NCBI GenBank assembly: GCA_963666315.2
Contig: CAXXHG010000015.1
Location: forward strand, 96,001-160,000
DNA: 64,000 nucleotides
From: Candidatus Binatia bacterium
Lineage (GTDB): Bacteria > Desulfobacterota > Binatia > Bin18
Reading direction: 5' to 3'
How positions within the stretch are numbered: the first letter of the stretch is position 1; each line of letters starts with the position of its first letter. A program made the translations under genes and the position numbers. A model generated the notes under the pieces. The model was not told the DNA's origin, searched no databases, and was given only the letters and a program-made list of their open reading frames with translations. Below, piece after piece: positions 49,544-59,626 of this stretch.

Positions 49544-50223
49544 CTATTCGTAAGCTTGTGTGTGTTTGCGTACACTAGCATATTGGAATTTCTGGGAAAA
49601 TGTGGGCGTAAGCACGCTTCCCTCCTGTCCTTCTCTTCCCACCCCCAACGCGCCGGCCACACGGTTAATATAATTGAAAAACGACGCGATCAAGGTGATT
49701 TGTAAAACTGCGGTGTCGTCAAAGCCAACAGCCCGCAACGCGTCGGTATCGTCCCGCCACATTGAGGACGGGTTTTTCGTCAGTTTCTCAACATATTCCA
49801 GCATAACTCGATCTTGTTCGTCGAGTTCGGCCGTTCGCCAATCACCTTTCAGTGCCTCAACCAGCTCTTCGTCCAGACTCACCGTATGCAGAAACTCTGC
49901 ATGTGACTCAATTCAATAAAAGCAACTATTCGTTAAAAGCGACTATTCGTTGTTGAAACCGTCGTCGCAATCATTTCGTGTTAGCGCCGAGACAACGGGA
50001 GGCTCGGGTCCATCAATGACCCAAAAGTTGAAAATGCATACGGCATGGTCTGCGGAAGTAACGAATGCGACAGCATCATGCTGTCGTTTTTGACCGCCTC
50101 CGGTAGCTTACTCTCTGCCCGCCGCTCGGGGGCGTACTCTTGCGGGTAGAGTTCTACGAGCCTGCCCAGAGCCTCGTGAACGGCTTCATTTTCCGCTGGT
50201 AGCAGCGTTTTGATCCAGGTCGT
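49544..50223 (-). pseudogene. AhpD/carboxymuconolactone-decarboxylase-like selenoprotein (CxxU), decayed
   Basis: TWIKT...LSRR*HEMIATTVSTTNSCFY-TGA-IESHAEFL...FNYINRVA after removing a 17-bp duplication; Sec TGA at 49913-49915. Confidence 0.75.
49880..49912 (-). promoter_or_regulatory. Putative bacterial SECIS hairpin
   Basis: CAC-ATGCAGA-GTT-TCTGCAT-ACG-GTG; the loop G follows a 17-nt spacer after the UGA. Confidence 0.65.
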
Positions 50224-50428
50224 GGTTCATTCCTCCCTCTTTCGTCTCCATATCACTCTGGAGGAGCTGTGGTATATGGCGGACTGAGCCTACACAGCAC
50301 GAGCTGAGAGCACCGCTCGTTCGAGAACGTGTTGGCTTGAGAGCACGATCTCTACTGAGTCGTAAAATGAACACGTTTCGCCGAAACGCTAAGGAACCGG
50401 GGGAAAAGAAGCGTTAGGGCTGAGACTT

Positions 50429-50965
50429 CTATCGACGCTTTTCGCGACGCTCTTCGACAGACGCTGAACAGGCACCGGCGCAACAGGTTTGACCAACAAG
50501 AGCAACCGCTTTTCCGTTCACTGCGGTGATGCCCGCACGTCGTACTTTGGCAAAGATATAGCCAAAACCAGGCCCACCAATGCGCGTTCCACCAACACGG
50601 GTTTGTATGTTGCCGCTGCTGTCCGCATGTGCCTGGAGTCGGGCTCGATTGGGTCCAGAGACTGTGCCCACGAAAATGAGCGCGGACTGAAAGTCTATCT
50701 CAGGAGGCTCGGTGTTTCCCCGCCAGGCCAACCAGAGGCTGCGCCACGTGTCGGTATCAGCAATATACCCACAGGCGGGTTCCGAGACCCGAGCCTCGTC
50801 GGTGCGAAACATACCCCGCCATTCAGCCTGGATAGGAAGCGGTTTTGGCTGTGCGGTGTGAGGCCGGTCAGCTGGCGTGTCGGCCATCATCAGAGCAGGA
50901 AATCCAAACAGGCACAGGACAACGCCCAAGAATAGAGCAAAGGATACCTTTAATTTTTCTAGCAT
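50429..50965 (-). CDS. Hypothetical exported protein
   Basis: GAGG RBS, hydrophobic N-terminus, W..LW..W...PPEIDF motif. Confidence 0.6.
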   Translation of the reverse strand: MLEKLKVSFALFLGVVLCLFGFPALMMADTPADRPHTAQPKPLPIQAEWRGMFRTDEARVSEPACGYIADTDTWRSLWLAWRGNTEPPEIDFQSALIFVGTVSGPNRARLQAHADSSGNIQTRVGGTRIGGPGFGYIFAKVRRAGITAVNGKAVALVGQTCCAGACSASVEERREKRR

Positions 50966-51017
50966 AGGATCCTACCTCATTTTCTATACACACACTCATC
51001 ACGCATCATGATATGGC

Positions 51018-51730
51018 TTACTCGTCCGGCAGTAGACACGCACTCGTCGGCAGGGTGGTTGTGGCAACCCCAAATTGATTGAACTCGCTCAGGGTCATGA
51101 AATGTAGGCCATCTGCTGGGGCCGCATTCAGAGTGAAAAAATAAAAGTCCTGTCCCTGAGCGAAATCGATATCTGTATAATAATCGAGAAAGAAGTCGTG
51201 CTGGGGGTCGTCCATAGCCAGGTCACTGCCCTGGGGCCCATCGCTTGCTTGCCAGGAATGGACACCCACACATGCCCCGTCGCCAAGCGTACGCATTGTA
51301 CCGGCAAGAAAAAATCCACGCCCCCAGAGGCGATGAGTCCGATGGCAACCTGCTCGGCTAGATTGTCGGCCTGCGCATCGCCAAACTGAAATGCGGGCAC
51401 GACCGTCTCCAAACCACGTTCCCGCACCAGGCGTCCAGCCTCCGGGTTGGCTTCGTCGTCTGCCGAACCAGGAACAAATTCCATCACGATGCGTCGTATC
51501 GTAGCATCTCGTAGGAGTGTCTCGAGTTTCTGAGGCGTGCTGCAATCTATGGTCCCGCCCATAGGCAGGCTAAAGTTGTTGCGGATAAATTGGGCTGAGT
51601 CGGCTTCGGGCTCGCACACACGTTTCACCGCGAAATTCTGGGCGCTCGGCTGCCATTCGAGCGTCGTACTTTGCCCCGCCTGTGGAAAGTTGTCGACAAA
51701 ACAGTTGGCCTGTGCCCCAGTCAAAAACTC
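51018..51730 (-). pseudogene. 3' fragment of a secreted hypothetical protein, frameshifted
   Basis: Two overlapping frames joined near 51210; 5' end fused to the ShlB fragment. Confidence 0.45.
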
Positions 51731-51738
51731 GCCGTCCT

Positions 51739-52356
51739 AGTGCGATTCGGTTCGGCACGGAGTGGGTTGACCGCACACGGCAGCGGGTGCTGGCTGCTCG
51801 CTCACGTTTTTCTGTTGGGCTGGATGTCCTCGGTGCGACGAATAACGCTTCAGATGTTGCCGACGGGCAGTTCTTTTCATGGCTGGGACAGTTTCAGTGG
51901 CTTCGACGCTGGCCGTGGCGAGACGTCCAGACTATTTTTCGACCAGACGTGCAACTCACAAACACAGCGTTATTATCCTTGGAACAGGTTGCGGTGGGTG
52001 GGCACTACAGCGTCCGCGGCTACCGCGAGAATCTACTGGTGCGCGATAATGCGCTGATGACCTTTTTTGAGACGCGCCTGCCACTGCTACGCAACCATGC
52101 GTGGGCAGATAATCTGGAGCTGGCTCCGTTTGTGGATTTAGGCCGAGCCTGGAATACCCAGCCGCCAACTCTCGGCACTGAGAATCTGGTGAGCGTCGGT
52201 ATTGGCTTACGTTGGGCGTTGACGCTCTCGTCCCTCGTCCAGTGGCGGCCGCAACTTGAGATCTATTGGGGCCACCCGCTCAACGAGGTGCGGACGTCTG
52301 GAGGCGATAGCCAGGACGAAGGGATCCATCTCCAGTTGCTGGTGTCTATGTTTTAG
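51739..52356 (+). pseudogene. ShlB/FhaC/HecB two-partner secretion barrel, C-terminal fragment
   Basis: EQVAVGGHYSVRGYREN, PFVDLG, SVGIGLRW, terminal F; no POTRA domain. Confidence 0.8.
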
Positions 52357-52374
52357 TACCTCTGCCTCTCGGGA

Positions 52375-52520
52375 TCCTTGTACTTTGTACCGCCACAAGC
52401 GAAATGGCTTACTATGCTCAACCAGACGGCCATATTTCAGACACTGTCTGATGTCACGCCGACTGAGTTTTCGTTGCGCCATGCGCAGCCGGGCATGACG
52501 AGTCAACACAATTCAAACGT
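52375..52520 (-). pseudogene. DUF4258-like (RelE-type toxin fold) fragment
   Basis: LTRHARLRMAQRKLSRRDIRQCLKYG..WRYKVQG. Confidence 0.5.
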
Positions 52521-52895
52521 CTCGCTCAAGCAGCCGAATCCGTTCAATCGCTCGGCGTGGAGATAAGGGCCGGTCTGGAAGACGAACGACTTTCTTCATT
52601 CCCTCTCCTCAACAACGTGTTCCCACCCTCCATGCAGTCTCTCCTGTCTGCCAGAGTCCCCTCTCGCATTCTCCAGATCACCGACAACCCGGAGTTGATT
52701 ATTTTTAATTCTAATAGGTTGTCAGACTCTCTTCATATCACAAGCCGACAAGGGTATCGGCAACGATTCGTTGAGCATTGGGCCATTGCGTGAGAGTGCG
52801 CAAATCGGTCGTTTGTCCTTCCTACCTCCCCTAGTGGTGAGCTACGGTCTATAGTGTTGACATCTTACTAATATGAGGATTGAGGTGCTGGAGCT

Positions 52896-54416
52896 ATGAA
52901 CACGGAACATTTCGATGTCTTGGTCATCGGTGCGGGGATCTCCGGGATTGCCGCAGGCTATCATCTGCAGACCAACTGCCCGGACCGGACGTATGCCATT
53001 CTCGAACGGCGCGACACAATCGGAGGCACCTGGGATTTTTTTCGCTACCCAGGCATCCGCTCGGATTCGGACATGTATACGCTGGGCTACTCGTTCCGGC
53101 CCTGGACCGATCCGAAGGCAATCGCCGACGGACCGTCCATCCTGCGCTACGTGAACGAGACGGCCAAAGAATTCGGCATCGACAACAAAATCCGTTTCGG
53201 CCACCACGTGAAGCAGGCGTCATGGTCGACGGCGGATGCACGCTGGACCGTGGAAACCAAACGGATGGACACAGCCCTGCCCTGCCGCTTCACCTGCAAC
53301 TTCCTCTTCATGTGCAGCGGCTATTACAACTACGACCAAGGCTACACCCCGGAGTTTACCGGAGCCGAGAAATTCCAGGGCCGGATCGTCCATCCACAGC
53401 AGTGGACCGATGATATAAATTACGTAGATAAGCGCGTTGTCGTGATCGGGAGCGGTGCCACCGCCGTAACGCTCGTGCCCGAAATGGCAAAGACGGCGGC
53501 GCATGTCACCATGTTGCAACGTTCGCCCACCTATATAGTATCCGCGCCGTCGGAGGACCGTATGGCGAATTGGCTGCGGCGTTTTCTCCCCAGCAAGCTC
53601 GCTTACGGCGTGACCCGGTGGAAGAACGTGCTTCTCGGGGCCTACTTCTTCTGGTTCTGCCGGCGCTTCCCGGAACGCGCCAAGGTCTTTATCCTAGGCC
53701 GCGTCCGAGCGGAACTGGGCCCCGACTACGACGTTGATCAGCATTTCACGCCAACGTATAACCCCTGGCAGCAGCGCCTGTGTTTGGTGCCGGACAGTGA
53801 TCTCTTCACAGCGATCAAGGCCGGCCAGGCTTCGGTTGTCACAGACCACATCGATACCTTCACCCGGCGAGGCATCCGGCTGCGTTCGGGTAAAGAACTC
53901 GAGGCCGATCTCGTGGTGACGGCTACGGGCCTCACCCTACAGCTCCTGGGCGGTCTCAAGGTGACGGTTGATGGTGAGCAAGTCGAGTTCTCGAAGACAC
54001 TGACCTATAAGGGCGTAATGTTCAGCAACGTGCCGAACCTGGCCCTGGCCATCGGTTACACGAACGCGTCGTGGACGCTGAAATGCGATCTCACCTGTGA
54101 GTATGTCTGTCACCTGCTCAACCACATGCAGGCGAAAAGCTACGATCAGTGCTGCCCACGCCCGGACGACGCGGATATCGAGCGTGAGCCTTTACTCGAT
54201 TTCACCTCGGGCTACATCCAGAGAGCAATCCACACCTTTCCCAAGCAGGGTCCGACACTACCCTGGAGGTCGTATCAGAATTATATGCTCGATGTCTGGA
54301 CCGTGGCCTATAGCTCGATTGCAGACGGTACGCTGGATTTCACCCGGCGGCCGGCTGTCCCGTCCCAGGATTCCGCTGCAAACAATGTCGCACTGCCGGA
54401 ACAGGCGGCAGGCTGA
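52896..54416 (+). CDS. Flavin-containing monooxygenase (EthA-like BVMO)
   Basis: GAGISG, GGTWDFFRYPGIRSDSD, FQGRIVHPQQW, GSGATA, ATG motif. Confidence 0.92.
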   Translation: MNTEHFDVLVIGAGISGIAAGYHLQTNCPDRTYAILERRDTIGGTWDFFRYPGIRSDSDMYTLGYSFRPWTDPKAIADGPSILRYVNETAKEFGIDNKIRFGHHVKQASWSTADARWTVETKRMDTALPCRFTCNFLFMCSGYYNYDQGYTPEFTGAEKFQGRIVHPQQWTDDINYVDKRVVVIGSGATAVTLVPEMAKTAAHVTMLQRSPTYIVSAPSEDRMANWLRRFLPSKLAYGVTRWKNVLLGAYFFWFCRRFPERAKVFILGRVRAELGPDYDVDQHFTPTYNPWQQRLCLVPDSDLFTAIKAGQASVVTDHIDTFTRRGIRLRSGKELEADLVVTATGLTLQLLGGLKVTVDGEQVEFSKTLTYKGVMFSNVPNLALAIGYTNASWTLKCDLTCEYVCHLLNHMQAKSYDQCCPRPDDADIEREPLLDFTSGYIQRAIHTFPKQGPTLPWRSYQNYMLDVWTVAYSSIADGTLDFTRRPAVPSQDSAANNVALPEQAAG

Positions 54417-54439
54417 CCGCCGATTTTACAGAAACGCAC

Positions 54440-55579
54440 TTATTCCTTGACGCCGATGGTCTTTAGAAAGCGTTCCTGCACGACACCACACGTCATCTGG
54501 TACAACATGTCACGATCAGGTGACTGGGCCAGGAATCCGAGCGGAATCTGGAATCCACCTTTATCCCTGATATTTCCGCCCCCATAATAAGATTTCCGGT
54601 CTTCACCCAAGCCGAACAGCTTTTTCAAAAACGCATCCGGATTCACGGTATCGCTCCGCGTCCGCAGCGACCCATCGATCGCTTTGCCGTCAACAATGCC
54701 GAAAACAAGGACGGTGTCTGTTCCCTCTCGCTGCAGGAGGAACTCGGCGACTTGAGGAATTCCATCACGGTGTTCGCCGCGCACAAAGCCGACGTCGGTA
54801 AAGACAAAGGAGTCAAAAACCTGCTTGCGCTCCAGTGCTTTTTGGATCATGTCCATCACAATAGGCGGCAGGGATTTGGCTGAAATCGCCTTGAGGAGAG
54901 CCTGGTCCACACACGGCCACAAATATGCCGCCGCCTCGAACTCCAATCGACTCGCCTCAAGCAGGGCCATGGTGTCAGAACGAATACCATGCATCAGGGC
55001 CGTGGCCAGCCGGACTTGATCACTCTCCCCAGGGTTGAGGCCGTTAGGATATTGGGTCCGCAAGTATTCGGCGTAAATCGCACACGTGGATGCCGCATCC
55101 TCTCGGATATCAACAAACTCGGCCGGGACATCTCCGAGACGCCGATGATGGTCGACAAAAGAGAGCAGAGTTTTACCTTCAAGCTGATCTGAGATGGGAG
55201 TTTCCGGGCTTTGGGTATCAACCAGGGCATAGGCGGCGTAGGGCTCAAGGTCAAATTTCTCGTCATACAGCTGCAGATCGATCTCAAGCCGCTTCACGAG
55301 CGCACGGTTCTCTTGATGGCTAACCTCGTGAAAACACAGCAGTGTGGCTTCAATCTCAAATTCTTTAGCCAAAAACTGATGGGCGAGACCGGAAGCAATA
55401 TTGTCCGGGTCAGGATAGCCCACCAGAACCAGGAGAATCTTCTCGCCTCGATGGCGGGCGAGTACCTCGCGGAGCTTTTTCCATTGTTTTTTTGGGGAAC
55501 ATTTTTCTAGAATGGTTTCGGTTTCAATAACCCGTAGCGAGGGTTCTTCTACTGCGGCGGATTGTGCCGTGTTTGCCAT
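54440..55579 (-). CDS. DHH-family phosphoesterase
   Basis: PDPD, LVD, DHH, GIRSDT, GGG motifs. Confidence 0.85.
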   Translation of the reverse strand: MANTAQSAAVEEPSLRVIETETILEKCSPKKQWKKLREVLARHRGEKILLVLVGYPDPDNIASGLAHQFLAKEFEIEATLLCFHEVSHQENRALVKRLEIDLQLYDEKFDLEPYAAYALVDTQSPETPISDQLEGKTLLSFVDHHRRLGDVPAEFVDIREDAASTCAIYAEYLRTQYPNGLNPGESDQVRLATALMHGIRSDTMALLEASRLEFEAAAYLWPCVDQALLKAISAKSLPPIVMDMIQKALERKQVFDSFVFTDVGFVRGEHRDGIPQVAEFLLQREGTDTVLVFGIVDGKAIDGSLRTRSDTVNPDAFLKKLFGLGEDRKSYYGGGNIRDKGGFQIPLGFLAQSPDRDMLYQMTCGVVQERFLKTIGVKE

Positions 55580-55820
55580 AGTTTTTCTCCACGAGGTTGA
55601 AAAATGTAAGGGTTATACTCCTCTCTCAAAAGAGGACAACAAGCAGAACCCGGGTCCTTTTTCCTCACCCTAGTACACCTGCTCTCTTGAGTAAGCATAG
55701 CGCCTATGGTAGGTGATTCGCCACTGTTAAAGAGAATTAAATCAAAACGCAACCCCAGCAGACCCTACCCAGAGCACCAGATGCTCTCACCCGGCGTAGT
55801 GTAAAAAGGAAGGAAGTGCG

Positions 55821-56594
55821 GTGCTCAGCTTTGTACGTTGGTGCGGACACCTCGCACTGAATTCGCTGCACGAAACGGGCCGTATGGGGATTTTCCTCGG
55901 GACGGTGCTGCTCGACATCTTCGTACCGCCGCTTCAGGCAAAACAGCTCCTGCGCCGTATTTCTTTCATCGGAACTCGCTCTCTCCTTTTGATCATCTTC
56001 ACCGGTGCCTTTATGGGCATGGTCGTGGCGCTGCAGGGGTATGTCGCGCTGCGGCGTTTTGGAGGAGAGGAAGCGCTGGGTCCGCTGGTGGGCTTGAGCC
56101 TGATACGCGAGATTGGACCTGTCGTGTCAGCCTTGATGATTACCGCCCGCGCAGGCTCAGCGCTGACGGCTGAACTGGGCATTATGCGCATTACCGAGCA
56201 GATTGACGCGCTCGAAGTCATGGCCCTCAATCCCATCAAATATCTGGTTGTCCCGATTTTCCTGGCTTCGTTGATCACTTTTCCCCTCTTAAACGGCGTC
56301 TTTGTTACTGTCGGCATTTATGGCGGCTATATGGTTGGAGTAGAACTGCTCGGCGGGAGTTCGGGGGCCTATTTTACCCAAATGAGCAGTGCAGCAGGTT
56401 CTGACGATATCTGGATGGGCGTCTATAAATCACTCTCTTTTGGAGCCATTGTCGCTTGGGTCAGCTGTTTTAAGGGATTCTACGCCGGCCATGGCGCCGA
56501 AGGGGTCAGCCAAGCCACAACGCAAGCTGTTGTGATGTGTTCAGTCTTAATCCTCGTCTGGGATTACTTCATCGGCTCGGTCCTCCTGTTATAG
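55821..56594 (+). CDS. mlaE: Phospholipid ABC transporter permease
   Basis: REIGPV, RAGSALTAELG, TEQIDALEVM. Confidence 0.93.
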   Translation: MLSFVRWCGHLALNSLHETGRMGIFLGTVLLDIFVPPLQAKQLLRRISFIGTRSLLLIIFTGAFMGMVVALQGYVALRRFGGEEALGPLVGLSLIREIGPVVSALMITARAGSALTAELGIMRITEQIDALEVMALNPIKYLVVPIFLASLITFPLLNGVFVTVGIYGGYMVGVELLGGSSGAYFTQMSSAAGSDDIWMGVYKSLSFGAIVAWVSCFKGFYAGHGAEGVSQATTQAVVMCSVLILVWDYFIGSVLLL

Positions 56595-56601
56595 CTATGA
56601 C

Positions 56602-57348
56602 ATGATACGCTTTGTAAATATCCAGAAGTCTTTCGGCAGCCAACACGTGCTGACCGGGGTCAATTTGGAGATCCCGGATCAGGCGCTCTACGTCATTGTT
56701 GGCGGGAGCGGAGTGGGCAAAAGCTGTCTGCTCAAACATCTGATCGGCTTGATGCGTCCGGATAACGGCCAAGTCTGGGTGGATGATGTAGAGATTACCG
56801 CCCTCCGCCGGCGGGCGCTGAATCCTGTCCGGAACCGATTCGGCATGCTCTTTCAGGGAGGCGCGTTGTTCGACTCAATGTCTGTGTATGATAACGTCGC
56901 TTTTCCTCTCCGCGAGAAGACACGCAAAAATGAACCCGAAATCCGAGAGAAAGTGCATGAGCGGCTCGCCCAGGTCGGATTAGCCGGGGTCGATAACAAA
57001 TTTCCTTCCGAGCTGTCGGGCGGAATGCGAAAACGTGCGGCATTAGCGCGCGCATTGATCTCTGATCCGGAAATCTTATTATTTGATGAGCCTACGACCG
57101 GCCTCGATCCGATCCGGGTGAACGCCATTCATCAGCTTATCCTGGACCTTCACAAACTCCTTCGTTTTACTGCCGTCATCGTCAGCCACGAAATCCCAGA
57201 GGTCTTTTCTCTCGCCACCCATATCGCTATGTTGCACCAAGGGGTCATCATCGAATCCGGCTCACCAACTGACATCCAGGCGTCAAACAATCCGGTTGTC
57301 CAACAGTTCATTAGCGGTCAGATCGAAGGCCCAATAGACGTATACTAA
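56602..57348 (+). CDS. mlaF: Phospholipid ABC transporter ATPase
   Basis: GGSGVGKS, FQGGALFDS, LSGGMRKR, DEPTTGLDP. Confidence 0.93.
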   Translation: MIRFVNIQKSFGSQHVLTGVNLEIPDQALYVIVGGSGVGKSCLLKHLIGLMRPDNGQVWVDDVEITALRRRALNPVRNRFGMLFQGGALFDSMSVYDNVAFPLREKTRKNEPEIREKVHERLAQVGLAGVDNKFPSELSGGMRKRAALARALISDPEILLFDEPTTGLDPIRVNAIHQLILDLHKLLRFTAVIVSHEIPEVFSLATHIAMLHQGVIIESGSPTDIQASNNPVVQQFISGQIEGPIDVY

Positions 57349-57365
57349 GACGCATATGGACGCGT

Positions 57366-57857
57366 ATGAAAATTGATGGAGAACTGGTAGTCGGAGTGTT
57401 GTTGCTTGGGATTGTGGCGGGTCTCGGCTATATGTCTATACAGTTGGGACAAATCGAACCCGGCTCGGGAAGTTATCCCGTGTATGCGGACTTTATAAAC
57501 GCCGGCGGCCTGCAAGACGGGGCAGTCATCGAACTGGCAGGAGTGGAGATCGGACGGGTCGAATCCGTGACCCTGGCCGATTATAAAGCGCGCGTCACCC
57601 TCAAAATTCGCAGCGATATCCCGCTGCAAGAAGATGCGCAGGCCGCGATCAAGACGAAGGGATTGATAGGCGAACGGTATGTGGCAATTATGCCAGGCCA
57701 CTCCTCGACCATCCTCCCCCCGGGAGGGACTATTGACAAGACCGAAGAGTCGGTCGACATTCAGCAGTTACTAGGAGAATTTATCTTCGGTGATGTTGGA
57801 GCTACAACCGCATCAGAGAATACGCTATCGGATAGTGCTGATCCTTCCGATCCTTGA
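57366..57857 (+). CDS. mlaD: MCE-domain protein
   Basis: N-terminal TM, AGVEIGRV, IKTKGLIGERY. Confidence 0.9.
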   Translation: MKIDGELVVGVLLLGIVAGLGYMSIQLGQIEPGSGSYPVYADFINAGGLQDGAVIELAGVEIGRVESVTLADYKARVTLKIRSDIPLQEDAQAAIKTKGLIGERYVAIMPGHSSTILPPGGTIDKTEESVDIQQLLGEFIFGDVGATTASENTLSDSADPSDP

Positions 57858-58064
57858 ACGCTGGACCTGGATTAGCCGTACGATAGAGAGGCGCAGGGCA
57901 GGATATGATGGATGTGATGTTCCAAGATGGGATATGCTGGACACAGGGAACATCTTGAAGAGAGAGATGTCTGCACAGCGGATGTTGAGCGAATATTCAA
58001 CGTGGAGGAAACGAGTCACCGGTTCATAACAGAAGCGGTCGCACTCACGCTGAGGAGGCGGAAT

Positions 58065-58811
58065 ATGCTGGGGAAACTGGTGCTGGCGGTGAGTCTATGG
58101 GCGACGCTACAGCTGGGATTCATCCCAGCTGGGGCTGACGCCCAGATGGGGGATCCCGCGCTGAACGCCGCGGCTCCAGTACCGATCTCTGATCCATTTA
58201 AACCATTTAATCAGACTATGTTCAGCTTCAACCTGAAGCTGGACGAATATATTCTCCGTCCGGTCGCAACCGGATATGCCAGCGTGCTTCCATATGGCGC
58301 GCGCCAGGGGGTTGGGCGCTTTTTCCATAATATCAATATTGCCCCACGCCTCGGCAATAAACTCCTCCAAATGAAGCTCGTTGGCGCGGGGGTAGAGTTG
58401 AGTCGTTTCTTAATTAATACGACGATCGGCGGCCTGGGATTTTTCGATGTCGCCGACAGTTGGCTCGGACTCGAAGCGAGTCATGCCGACTTCGGACAAA
58501 CTTTAGCCCAGTACGGCATGTCGTCAGGCCCGTACCTCGTGCTGCCCTTTTTCGGTCCTTCAACGGTCCGCGATGCCGTGGGCTTTGGCGCCGATGGCGC
58601 TATGCAACCCATGAACTACTTCCTGCCGACCTTTCCAGAGCTCATTGCCGCGCGGGGTGGTTGGGTCGTGGGCAGCACCATCAATACCCGGTCGCTCAAT
58701 CTAGAATTGTTCGAAAGCGTGGATCGGATTTCGCTTGATCTCTACAGTGCGGTTCAAGACGGCTACCTGCAGAGACGCGAACAGGTCATTCGAGAAGCAC
58801 TACAGAAATAG
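58065..58811 (+). CDS. mlaA: VacJ/MlaA family protein
   Basis: DPFKPFN, RFLINTTIG, DFGQTL, YLVLPFFGPSTVRD. Confidence 0.9.
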   Translation: MLGKLVLAVSLWATLQLGFIPAGADAQMGDPALNAAAPVPISDPFKPFNQTMFSFNLKLDEYILRPVATGYASVLPYGARQGVGRFFHNINIAPRLGNKLLQMKLVGAGVELSRFLINTTIGGLGFFDVADSWLGLEASHADFGQTLAQYGMSSGPYLVLPFFGPSTVRDAVGFGADGAMQPMNYFLPTFPELIAARGGWVVGSTINTRSLNLELFESVDRISLDLYSAVQDGYLQRREQVIREALQK

Positions 58812-58831
58812 GACAGGAGTAGGATCAGTTC

Positions 58832-59488
58832 ATGAAGCAGCGGCCTCTTTTCTTACTGACCACGCTGGGCGCGTTTTTCTTGACCGTATTGTTCGTGCTG
58901 GCACGGACAGTCCAGGCGGCTGATTCACCCCTGGAGATAGTCCGTTCAACCGTGGAGCAAGTGATCCAAGTCTTCAAGGATCCAGCGAACCAGGGCCCGG
59001 GCACGCGTGCCCAGCGTCTGGAGCAAGTGAGCGCAGTTGTCCGCCCTATGTTCGATAGGCGCGAGGTCGCGAAGCGCACTCTGGGGGTGTATTGGCGGGA
59101 TCGAACTGAGGAGCAGCGAGAAGAATTCATCTATCTTTTTACGACATTGATCGAAAAGTCGTATGGCGAATCGTTTGACAAATTATACCGAAAATATCAG
59201 GATCAGGTCGAGTTTTTTTATGATCAAGAGGCGATTGACGGCAATTTCGCTGAAGTGCATACGCGTATTCATAACCCCGTTCTGAACAAGTATTTCTCGA
59301 TCAACTATCGCTTTCTCAAAGTCGACGCGCGCTGGCTTATTTATGATGTTGTCATAGAGAACGTCAGCCTGATTCGCAACTTTCGGACGCAGTTTTATCG
59401 CATTATCGGTAAGACTTCTTACGAAGAACTGGTTCAGAAGCTACAGGCGAAACTGAGGCAGCTCTCGGCAGCGCCCTCCCCTTCCTAG
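58832..59488 (+). CDS. mlaC: Periplasmic phospholipid shuttle (Ttg2D family)
   Basis: RTLGVYW, WLIYDVVIENVSLIRNFRTQF. Confidence 0.9.
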   Translation: MKQRPLFLLTTLGAFFLTVLFVLARTVQAADSPLEIVRSTVEQVIQVFKDPANQGPGTRAQRLEQVSAVVRPMFDRREVAKRTLGVYWRDRTEEQREEFIYLFTTLIEKSYGESFDKLYRKYQDQVEFFYDQEAIDGNFAEVHTRIHNPVLNKYFSINYRFLKVDARWLIYDVVIENVSLIRNFRTQFYRIIGKTSYEELVQKLQAKLRQLSAAPSPS

Positions 59489-59626
59489 CCCGAGTTCGCG
59501 TGTGTCTTGCTGGTGGAGCAGAATCAGTGATCAGTAGGGAGAGAATCCCGCTGCTGATCGGTACCTCATGCACGCTCCTGCCTGTACGCACATAACTCAG
59601 AGTGACGGCTAAGCCGCTGCTATCAA

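Noticed and set aside
50280-50362. Paired small hairpins with repeated GTGCTCTCA upstream of the selenoprotein pseudogene, as a riboswitch
   Set aside because: Stems are short and match no family I recognise; needs an Rfam or covariation test
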